Assembly (NCBI GenBank): GCA_041577295.1 | Contig: JBFGJG010000064.1 | Location: forward strand, 1-20,418 | Reading direction: 5' to 3' | Length of the DNA: 20,418 bases | Origin: Gemmatimonadales bacterium | Lineage (GTDB): Bacteria; Gemmatimonadota; Gemmatimonadetes; Gemmatimonadales; GWC2-71-9 | Part shown: in pieces, positions 8,557-15,532 of the stretch | How positions within the stretch are numbered: the first letter of the stretch is position 1 | Layout: each line of letters begins with the position of its first letter | Made by a program: the position numbers and the translations under genes | The notes under the pieces: generated by a model | Databases searched by the model: none | The model's input: only the letters and a program-made list of their open reading frames with translations | Told to the model about the DNA's origin: nothing

Positions 8557-8565
8557 AAGCCATCA

Positions 8566-8590
8566 AAACTTAATCAATTCGGTTAAGTTT
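8566..8590. promoter_or_regulatory. Palindromic operator candidate
   Basis: AAACTTAATC-aattc-GGTTAAGTTT: 10-bp arms with one mismatch, AT-rich in a GC-rich genome, immediately downstream of the predicted TSS. Confidence 0.65.
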
Positions 8591-8612
8591 CCCACCATCA
8601 GAGGAGTCGCCT

Positions 8613-8927
8613 GTGTACGCTCGGAACGTTACGCTGCAGCTCAAAGCCAAGTCGGGCCAGGAGTTCACCCGCACGCTCGAGAACGATATCCTTCCCATGC
8701 TGCGGAAGCAGAACGGCTTCCAGGACGAGATCACGTTTCTCTCCCTCGACGGCAAGCACGTGCTGGCCATCAGCCTTTGGGATGGAAAAGAGAGCGCGCA
8801 AACCTACGATCGCGAGACCTATCCCGCGGTGCTGAAGAGCCTGGCGAAAGTGGTTGAGGGAACACCTCGTGTTGAGTCTTACGAGGTTGCCAATTCGACC
8901 TTCCACAGGATCGCGGCTCGCGTCTAA
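8613..8927 (+). CDS. ABM-like (dimeric alpha/beta barrel, antibiotic biosynthesis monooxygenase fold) protein
   Basis: 104 aa; MYARNVTLQLK...ILPMLRKQNGF...ISLWDGKESAQTY...PRVESYEV pattern. GAGGAG RBS before GTG 8613. Confidence 0.78.
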   Translation: MYARNVTLQLKAKSGQEFTRTLENDILPMLRKQNGFQDEITFLSLDGKHVLAISLWDGKESAQTYDRETYPAVLKSLAKVVEGTPRVESYEVANSTFHRIAARV

Positions 8928-9094
8928 GCCCGCTGCAGTACCCGGACGGAGGGGGGCAAGCCTTACCGCCCTCTTCCCTATCCGGTGTCCCTCTCGGTCG
9001 GTCGAAAGCAACCGGACGAGGCCACCCGCGTATCGTATCAACGGCCCGCCACGGGTTGTCGTGGCGAGTCATACCTCGCAAATGGGAGGACGTT

Positions 9095-9280
9095 ATGGGG
9101 CAATACACCCGCCATCGAGTTCACGACGGAGCCTTTGGAATCCTGCACGCGCTCTTCGGCATCGGCGTGCACCGCGTCTCCATCCTCAACGACAAAGGCC
9201 AAACGATCGGCGAAGGTAAGGGTTCCTCCGAAGGAGCAGCGCGCGAACAGGCGTGGAAGAACGTTCACTTGCAGGACTGA
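9095..9280 (+). CDS. Hypothetical 61-aa protein
   Basis: GGGAGGA RBS before ATG 9095. Translation: MGQYTRHRVHDGAFGILHALFGIGVHRVSILNDKGQTIGEGKGSSEGAAREQAWKNVHLQD. Confidence 0.6.
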   Translation: MGQYTRHRVHDGAFGILHALFGIGVHRVSILNDKGQTIGEGKGSSEGAAREQAWKNVHLQD

Positions 9281-9359
9281 GACCGACGCAGGCGGCGGGA
9301 TCGAGCCTCAGGCTCAGTCCCGCACTCTCATCTTGGCGAAGTCAAAAGGGGGACGCATC

Positions 9360-9557
9360 GTGACCGTACCTATTCGTTACTTCAAGCTCAAGGCCAACCG
9401 GAGCAACCGCCACGTGACGTGGTTGAATCGTGACACAGTCTATGAGGGAAAGCTGTTGTCGATGACCAACCGCGTCGTGAGGCTCTTCGCTCCCAACCCA
9501 ATGGAGCGCCAGCCACATGTCGATCTCTCGTACGACTGGGTGATCCCTGTGCGATAG
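9360..9557 (+). CDS. Hypothetical 65-aa protein
   Basis: AAGGGGGA upstream of GTG 9360. Translation: MTVPIRYFKLKANRSNRHVTWLNRDTVYEGKLLSMTNRVVRLFAPNPMERQPHVDLSYDWVIPVR; protein-like beta pattern; ends 17 nt before the convergent DGC stop. Confidence 0.55.
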   Translation: MTVPIRYFKLKANRSNRHVTWLNRDTVYEGKLLSMTNRVVRLFAPNPMERQPHVDLSYDWVIPVR

Positions 9558-9574
9558 TTCAGCGAGCAGTCCGC

Positions 9575-10909
9575 CTACCCCATTCTCCCTTCAATGACCG
9601 TCGCGCGAGCTAGCGTCCCACTATCGTAGACGCGGATCCGATTGCGCCCTTGCTCCTTCGCAGCATAACACGCCGCATCCGCTTGGCTCAGCACATGTGC
9701 AACACTCTCAGTGACCGAGGTGATCGGGGCCATGCCGATGCTGACGCCGATGCGAAAACTCTTGTCTTCCCAGCCAAACCGAAAGCCTTCAACCGCATCC
9801 CGCAACGCGTTTGCCACGCGGAAACCTTCACCGGGGCGGCAACGCTCCATCAGGACTCCAAACTCGTCGCCTCCGAGCCTCGCCAATGTATCGCGCTTCC
9901 TGACTTTGTTATGCAGGAGACGGGCAAGCTCACAAAGCAGCTCATCGCCCGCCGCATGCCCACACGTGTCGTTGATGACCTTGAACTGGTCAAGATCCAA
10001 ATAACACAAGGTATGCTCGACCGCCTCTGTTCGGGCGGTGTCCAAGGTGCGCTGTAAGCGGCGCTCGAACTCTCGACGGTTGACTAGACCAGTTAGGGGA
10101 TCATGACTCGCCTGGTGGGCCATCTTCTTCGCCAGACGACGCGACTCCGTTACATCACTAAAAACCACTACGACCCCAAGTAGCTTCCCATCTGCACCGC
10201 GAATAGGGGCCGCGGAGTCTCGGATGGCGTACATCTGCCCACTGCGGCTGATCAAGATATTGCGATTGCAGTGCGTAATGCCTCGAGCGTTGACGCACTG
10301 CGCCACGATGTCGGACACAGGCTCCAGGGTTTCCTCCCGAATTATTTGGAACACCGTGTGCACAGGCTGGCCTTGCGACTCCTCCACGCCCCAGCCGGTC
10401 AACTTCTCGGCAACGGGATTCAAGTACCGGATGATTCCCTCAGGATCCGTGGTGATGACGGCATCTCCGATTGAGTGCAAGGTGACCTCATAGAGTCCCT
10501 TGGCGTCAATCAGTTCTCCTTCTGCCTTCTTCCGCGCCGTGATGTCCTCGATCGCAAGAAGAATCAGCGGGGGCTCGCCAGGTTGCCGAACCAATTGACG
10601 GGCATTCAGCAACATGGTCCTCACGCCGATCCGGGGAAAGTCGTGTTGCACTCCATAATCACGGAGCTCACGATGCGCTGGTAGGAGCTCCTCCAACAGC
10701 CTGCGCAGTTCGGGAATGTCCCACTGACGATTCCCGAGCTCGTAAATGAGCGTGTCCTCCGTGTGTTGTGGAGTGACCTCGAATGCTTGGTAGAACGCTT
10801 GGTTCGCCGTCACCACGCGGAGCCCTTCATCGAGGACCAGCAGCGGCTCGCGCACGGTCTGCACAATGCTCTCGGCAAGGAATCCAATTAGTCTCGACGG
10901 ATCGGGCAC
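9575..10909 (-). CDS. PAS-PAS-GGDEF diguanylate cyclase (about 444 aa)
   Basis: Two PAS/PAC domains, HDPLTGLVNRR, LDLDQFKVINDTCGHAAGD, intact RLGGDEF, I-site RKRD, ADAACYAAKEQGRN. GTG 10909 has an AAGGA RBS; the ORF track start is 10933. Confidence 0.92.
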   Translation of the reverse strand: MPDPSRLIGFLAESIVQTVREPLLVLDEGLRVVTANQAFYQAFEVTPQHTEDTLIYELGNRQWDIPELRRLLEELLPAHRELRDYGVQHDFPRIGVRTMLLNARQLVRQPGEPPLILLAIEDITARKKAEGELIDAKGLYEVTLHSIGDAVITTDPEGIIRYLNPVAEKLTGWGVEESQGQPVHTVFQIIREETLEPVSDIVAQCVNARGITHCNRNILISRSGQMYAIRDSAAPIRGADGKLLGVVVVFSDVTESRRLAKKMAHQASHDPLTGLVNRREFERRLQRTLDTARTEAVEHTLCYLDLDQFKVINDTCGHAAGDELLCELARLLHNKVRKRDTLARLGGDEFGVLMERCRPGEGFRVANALRDAVEGFRFGWEDKSFRIGVSIGMAPITSVTESVAHVLSQADAACYAAKEQGRNRIRVYDSGTLARATVIEGRMG

Positions 10910-10973
10910 GGCATTCCTTCGATGAGATGGCACGCGTATTCATTAGAGTATCGGGGGCCGTCCCAGCTGGGAC

Positions 10974-10989
10974 TGTGAAATTCGTCACT
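10974..10989. promoter_or_regulatory. CRP/FNR-family binding-site candidate
   Basis: TGTGA-aattcg-TCACT, a 9/10 match to TGTGA-N6-TCACA, upstream of a minus-strand -10-like TACTCT (10945-10950). Confidence 0.5.
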
Positions 10990-11233
10990 TTCCCGTGACG
11001 TGGCTCACGTCGCCGGAACGAGTTCAGGCAGTCTCATCGCTGTGAGATCTCATCGACTGATCGCGGGGAAAGGCGGCGGCATCGTGAATGTTCTCGCGTG
11101 GCCGTTGGACGTGCGGTCCTACGCGTTCGCGACTCGTGCGACTCCATCACGCTCCACACGGAAGAGGTTGGGCCCGTGGCTGGAGGGACTCGAAGACGCT
11201 GCTGACGTCGACAGTCGTGCAGGCCGCTAAGGG

Positions 11234-11262
11234 TTGACCGGTTTTCGTTACCCCGCTTCATT
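11234..11262 (+). promoter_or_regulatory. Putative tRNA promoter
   Basis: TTGACC-N17-TTCATT followed by a GC-rich stretch, 20 nt before the tRNA. Confidence 0.4.
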
Positions 11263-11282
11263 TCGGGGCGTAGCAGCCCCCA

Positions 11283-11369
11283 GGACAGGTGGCCGAGCGG
11301 CTGAAGGCACACGCCTGGAGAGCGTGTGAACGGGTAACCGTTCCGTGGGTTCGAATCCCACCCTGTCCG
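11283..11369 (+). tRNA. tRNA-Ser (anticodon GGA), CCA not encoded
   Basis: Acceptor GGACAGG/CCTGTCC with discriminator G, D-arm TGGCCGAGCGGCTGAAGGC, anticodon stem CACGC/GCGTG with loop CT-GGA-GA, long variable arm GAACGGGTAACCGTTC, T-arm GTGGGTTCGAATCCCAC. Confidence 0.97.
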
Positions 11370-11382
11370 TTTTCACGTGGCG

Positions 11383-11419
11383 GCCCCGGCATCGATTACG
11401 GTGCCGGGGCTTTCTGTTT
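11383..11419 (+). terminator. Rho-independent terminator after tRNA-Ser
   Basis: GCCCCGGCATCG-atta-CGGTGCCGGGGC followed by TTTCTGTTT. Confidence 0.85.
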
Positions 11420-11511
11420 CTAGCCGCGAGGTCCGCACTTTGCTAACGCCCTCCCGCTTCACGCAGCCCGATCCGTGCTTCGTCATGGGCGTGCAACGGG
11501 CCATCGCCTTT

Positions 11512-11904
11512 TCAGTCACCGCCGCACCCTGCAAGCCGTCCCCCGCAGACAGCGAGAACCACGAGGAAGACTGCGACCAGAACGACGCCGACGATCACAG
11601 CGGCTTTTGCACCCCCCGATAGCGCCGCGCTGGAAAGCAACGGCAGTGAATCGCTCGGCGCCGCGCGATCGGTCCGTCCCGCGGCCAGGAGCAGCGCGGC
11701 TGGAGTGTTGGGCTCCACGGTTGGAACCGCGAGCAAACATGGTTGCGTGCACTGCGCAGCCGCGTCCGCAGGTCCTGGTATGGCCACAACGGAGTACTGG
11801 GGGTGCTCAGCCTGAGCTTGGGTCTGCGTCGCCTGAGCGAGAACATGATTGATGGGAAGGGCGAAGAGCAGCGGGATCAACAGGGCAGCGACGACGCCAG
11901 GCAT
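11512..11904 (-). CDS. Hypothetical exported protein with C-terminal TM anchor (130 aa)
   Basis: Strong AAGGAGGA RBS; signal peptide MPGVVAALLIPLLFALPINHVLA-Q; Ala/Pro-rich middle; TM AAVIVGVVLVAVFLVVLAV then CGGRLAGCGGD. Confidence 0.7.
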   Translation of the reverse strand: MPGVVAALLIPLLFALPINHVLAQATQTQAQAEHPQYSVVAIPGPADAAAQCTQPCLLAVPTVEPNTPAALLLAAGRTDRAAPSDSLPLLSSAALSGGAKAAVIVGVVLVAVFLVVLAVCGGRLAGCGGD

Positions 11905-12463
11905 GTTTTCCTCCTTGCCTTTTTACACCGTCTGCGACGGTACTGCCCGGCTGGCCAGGGTCGGATGACCGCGCTCAGCCGGCAGCGTTGCTATGCAAGA
12001 AGCCGGTTCGGCAAACCGCCGAGACCGGCCCTATGGTATCTCTCGTCGTTTGTCAGTTCGGGAATCACCCCGTCCACCGCAAGCAGCAGCGTCGCTCCCG
12101 ACAGCCTCCACACATGGGACCGTCAGTGACAGCCGGACAGGCGAAACGGGCTCGTTGCCGCTCATGAATCGCGCTTGCGCCTCGGAGCGACACCAATCGG
12201 ACGGCGTCGGAAACCGAATCGGCAGAGGGTGCTGCCTCGTCGAGTCCGACGCGAGATACGCACCGACACCCCAACCCATCTTTAACGGCCAGGTCGCCGC
12301 GTGCCTTCACATGTCGTGTAGATGAATGGCGGAGAGAATGGAATGTGTAACATTGCGGCTCGCCCCCCGCAAGAGGGGGGAGAGGCGTTCAGGTGGACCG
12401 CTACGGAGCGGCGCACACTGGTTGATCTGAAGTTAGATTTGAAGTTTCCTTCGTAGGACACCC

Positions 12464-13690
12464 ATGGCCCGCACCATGTGCCGGATGGTTGGCCGTACGA
12501 AGTCGTGGATCGAGGGTCTGCTCGCTCCCTTTCTCCTCCTCTGTCTGCTATCGCTGTCTCTCCCACTCCAAGCACAACGGGTTCGCGTGGACCGATCCGC
12601 GCTCGAGGCCGAGGACGTGCGTCTCCTCAGCGCGACGGGCGTACGTCGCCTCCCTCGCACTACCCAGGTGGCTCAGCTTCGTCCTGGAGAATATTTGTTC
12701 GCGCGCATTGGCGACACGGCGACGCTGAGAGCCGCGGCCACTGCGACGCTCAGGTGGGACCTCCCCATCAAGCTGGTGGGTGCGGACGGAACCGGGGAGC
12801 GGATTAGCCTCAAACCGGTGGTGGAAGTGGAAGGCGGGGGGCTGCGGGTGCTCGCGGCAACCGGCGCCTTCACCGGTCGAATACTGATCGGAATCGAGGA
12901 CGAAGACCATCCAAACGAGAGCCGGCCATTGGGGCGGACCATCAGGGTGCTCGTCACGGCTAACGCCGATTCGACGGCACCCGGTTCCGTGTCTATCGAC
13001 CACACGAACTTGCCGTTTGCACCGGTGCGCATCGTGGCGCTGCAGCCAGCCGACTCTGTTGACGTCCGGCTGCGGCCCGACTTCGATCCAGCAGGGATTC
13101 AACTGTCCGTGCCCGTGATTCGACCCGACCTGAGTCTCCGCGCGTCCCCGGAGCGGATTCAGGGTCTGGGCCTCGAAACGGCCACGCTGTCCATTCGTGC
13201 CAACGGCATCGTGATCGTGGACTCGATTGCCGTAACGCTCTCGTCCGATCGGAGCCGGCCGGAGCCCGTCATCGTGTGGCTCGGCACGAGCGGTGTTGCG
13301 ACGGCGCTGATTCGCTCGAGCGGTATCGGCACCGCAACGGTGAGAGCCGAGGCCGCGGCCATGCAACCGGCGTCCATCACCATCGCATTTGCTTTCCCAT
13401 TGGCGTTTCTCGTATCCGCCTTCCTGGGTGGTCTTATTGGCGGCATCATTCGCTATGTGACGCTCAAGATGCAGCATGTCGAAAAGATCTTGTTTATGCC
13501 GCTGCTGGTGCATGTGGTGCTGGGTGTGCTCGCCGGCTTTGTGACGGCAGTTGCTTACGCCGTGGGGATCAACCTGCTGAACGTCCATCCCTCCGCAACG
13601 ATCGGTGAAGCATTGGTGTTCGTGATTGCCGCGCTTGGAGCGATTGCCAGCGGAACGCTGGTGTCACGGATTCTGCCGGCGAAGGGCTGA
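12464..13690 (+). CDS. Hypothetical membrane protein: signal peptide, beta-rich (Ig-like?) extracytoplasmic region, three C-terminal TM helices
   Basis: AGGA RBS; signal FLLLCLLSLSLPLQA-Q; beta-strand-rich middle; TM segments FLVSAFLGGLIGGII, LLVHVVLGVLAGFVTAVAYAVGI, ALVFVIAALGAIASG. Confidence 0.78.
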   Translation: MARTMCRMVGRTKSWIEGLLAPFLLLCLLSLSLPLQAQRVRVDRSALEAEDVRLLSATGVRRLPRTTQVAQLRPGEYLFARIGDTATLRAAATATLRWDLPIKLVGADGTGERISLKPVVEVEGGGLRVLAATGAFTGRILIGIEDEDHPNESRPLGRTIRVLVTANADSTAPGSVSIDHTNLPFAPVRIVALQPADSVDVRLRPDFDPAGIQLSVPVIRPDLSLRASPERIQGLGLETATLSIRANGIVIVDSIAVTLSSDRSRPEPVIVWLGTSGVATALIRSSGIGTATVRAEAAAMQPASITIAFAFPLAFLVSAFLGGLIGGIIRYVTLKMQHVEKILFMPLLVHVVLGVLAGFVTAVAYAVGINLLNVHPSATIGEALVFVIAALGAIASGTLVSRILPAKG

Positions 13691-13707
13691 GTGAGATTTT
13701 CCCCACT

Positions 13708-14685
13708 ATGACCACTCGACCCCCACCCCGCTGGCATCCGCTCGCGATCACGCTCGCGCTTTTCGCCTGCTCCGGCGCCAACGACCGCGCCCCGGAAACC
13801 ACCACGGACATCTGGCAGATCGGCCCCTTCGCTAAATACGAAGCCAACCCCATCCTCGTGCCACAGGGTCACACGTGGGAAGCGAAGGACGTCTTCAATC
13901 CAGCCGCATGGACGGACGGCGATACCGTGTGGATGCTCTATCGCGCCGAGGACTCGACCGGCATCGGCGTGTGGAACGGCACATCACGCATTGGGTTGGC
14001 GCGCAGCACGGATGGATTTCAGTTCCAGCGCGAGCCAGATCCCGTGCTCGAGCCCACGGAAGACTGGGAACTCCCCGGCGGAACTGAAGACCCCCGCGTG
14101 GTGAAAGTGGGTGAGACGTTCTACCTCACGTACACAGCCTATGATGGAAGGACAGCACGCCTGGCGCTTGCGTCTTCGCCTGACTTGCGGGCGTGGAGCA
14201 AGCACGCCCTGGTATTTCCTGACCGCGGTTGGACCAAATCCGGCGCCATCCTCCCCATGGCGATCGACGGGACCTACTGGATGTACTTTGGCGATACGAA
14301 CATCTGGGCGGCGTATTCGACGGACCTGCTGCAGTGGACGGTGGTGGAAGAACCGGTGCTGCGGCCACGTGCGGGATACTTCGACAGCCGGTTGGTGGAA
14401 CCCGGGCCGCCACCGGTCATGATGGAAGATGGGATTCTGTTGATCTACAACGCGGCCGATAGTGCGCTGGCATACGCGGCGGGCCAAGCGTTGTTCGACC
14501 CACGCGATCCTACCAAACTCCTCGCGCGGTCTGAATCCCCGTTTCTCACACCCACCATCGAGCTGGAACAGACCGGCCAGGTGCCCAACGTGGTGTTCGT
14601 GGAGGGCCTGGTGGAGTTCAGGAACAGGTGGTTCCTGTATTTCGGGATGGGCGATTCGGGCATCGGCGTGGCAACGAGCCCGTAA
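13708..14685 (+). CDS. GH130 family glycosidase lipoprotein (probable beta-mannosidase-type)
   Basis: Lipobox LALFAC; FNPAA, MLYRAED, SRIGLARSTDG, EDPRV, YTAYDG, WTKSG, LVEPGPP, VPNVVFVEGL are five-bladed propeller GH130 motifs. Confidence 0.9.
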   Translation: MTTRPPPRWHPLAITLALFACSGANDRAPETTTDIWQIGPFAKYEANPILVPQGHTWEAKDVFNPAAWTDGDTVWMLYRAEDSTGIGVWNGTSRIGLARSTDGFQFQREPDPVLEPTEDWELPGGTEDPRVVKVGETFYLTYTAYDGRTARLALASSPDLRAWSKHALVFPDRGWTKSGAILPMAIDGTYWMYFGDTNIWAAYSTDLLQWTVVEEPVLRPRAGYFDSRLVEPGPPPVMMEDGILLIYNAADSALAYAAGQALFDPRDPTKLLARSESPFLTPTIELEQTGQVPNVVFVEGLVEFRNRWFLYFGMGDSGIGVATSP

Positions 14686-14726
14686 TCATCGTAGCTGCCG
14701 TCAGCGACGGCCCGGGAACCGGTGAG

Positions 14727-14891
14727 CTACTTGGCGCCTGCGCTCCGGGCGTCGCCGTTGCACGAACACACATCCGGCGGCGGCTCCGGCAGATTCCTCA
14801 TGATTCCGGTGCTAACCTGTTTCTGCTCGGTGGGATTCTCCGGCATCTCCCTCCACCCCCCACACTTAAAGCACTTGGTGTAAAGCGGCAC
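14727..14891 (-). CDS. Hypothetical 54-aa Cys-rich microprotein (not in ORF track)
   Basis: GAGGAG 5 nt before GTG 14891. Translation: MPLYTKCFKCGGWREMPENPTEQKQVSTGIMRNLPEPPPDVCSCNGDARSAGAK*; CxxC and CxC pairs. Confidence 0.6.
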   Translation of the reverse strand: MPLYTKCFKCGGWREMPENPTEQKQVSTGIMRNLPEPPPDVCSCNGDARSAGAK

Positions 14892-15030
14892 AACAGCTCC
14901 TCGATGGGTCTAATTCATGAAGGACACCAGCCGACGATGACGCCCTCGCCACGCCGGCTGCTATTGATGATTACCCACCTCGCCGCGGGGCCGCAAGCGC
15001 GACGCGCACGGGCGGCAGGAAGAGTTATTG

Positions 15031-15130
15031 GGTTACCGCTCGCGTATTCCCGGGCTGAAGCCCGCGCTCGGCGATGTGAGCCCTAAAGGGCTGTTCCCCG
15101 CCCCGGGGTGCCCGCGTTTCAACGCGGGAA
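15031..15130. repeat. REP-like palindromic repeat, copy 1 (with trailing inverted hairpin)
   Basis: ggttaccgctcgcgtattcccgggctgaagcccgcgctcggcgatgtgagccctaaagggctgttccccgcccc, then cccgcgtttcaacgcgggaa. Confidence 0.85.
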
Positions 15131-15150
15131 CGAGCCCCTGCCCGCAATCT

Positions 15151-15179
15151 TTCGCCTACCGCACAGCCGAGGGTATCAT
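15151..15179 (+). promoter_or_regulatory. Putative promoter giving a leaderless transcript
   Basis: TTCGCC-N17-TATCAT; ATG 15185 lies 5 nt after the -10 and has no SD. Confidence 0.45.
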
Positions 15180-15184
15180 TTACC

Positions 15185-15532
15185 ATGGTGGCGGTCGAAC
15201 CAGAACCATCAATGCCGGTCACCGCCAAATTCTCCAAAGACTTCTACGACAAACTCGGTCACCCGGTGGCCGACGAGATCGTGGACTGGTTCAACCAGGT
15301 GGACGCAGCCTACCGCACCGATCTCCGTGAGCTCAACGAGCTCAATTTCGCCCGCTTCGACGCCAAGCTCGAGCAGCGGTTGGCCGAGCAGGACGCCAAG
15401 TGGGAACAGCGGCTTGCCCATCTGGAGACACGGCTCATCCGGTGGATGTTTCTCTTCTGGGTAGGGAACCTCGGCACCACGCTGGCCCTCATCGGCACTG
15501 CCATCGCGCTGATACGGTTCTGGAACTCCTAG
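15185..15532 (+). CDS. DUF1640/CCDC90-like coiled-coil protein with C-terminal TM anchor, paralog 1
   Basis: MPVTAKFSKDFYDKLG...VDWFNQVD...LRELNELNFARFDAKLEQR...LIRWMFLFW. Alternative start ATG 15212, which aligns with paralog 2. Confidence 0.8.
   Translation: MVAVEPEPSMPVTAKFSKDFYDKLGHPVADEIVDWFNQVDAAYRTDLRELNELNFARFDAKLEQRLAEQDAKWEQRLAHLETRLIRWMFLFWVGNLGTTLALIGTAIALIRFWNS

Noticed and set aside
8985..9359. 190-aa ORF 8985-9557 as a single gene
   Set aside because: Its 5' part overlaps the RBS-supported 9095-9280 ORF and has low-quality composition; only the part from GTG 9360 looks coding.
11283..11420. tRNA-Ser as the attachment site of an integrated element
   Set aside because: No integrase and no duplicate of the tRNA 3' end seen in the window; the native terminator follows directly.
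12005..12040. c-di-GMP-I riboswitch (GGCAAACC start)
   Set aside because: Lacks the following GNRA-capped stem and the GGxCGCAAAGC segment; it forms a simple hairpin instead.
12548..13588. Long antisense ORFs (also 3917-4750, 6540-7133, 19558-20256 and similar)
   Set aside because: Shadow frames of real genes, expected at high GC, with no recognisable motifs.
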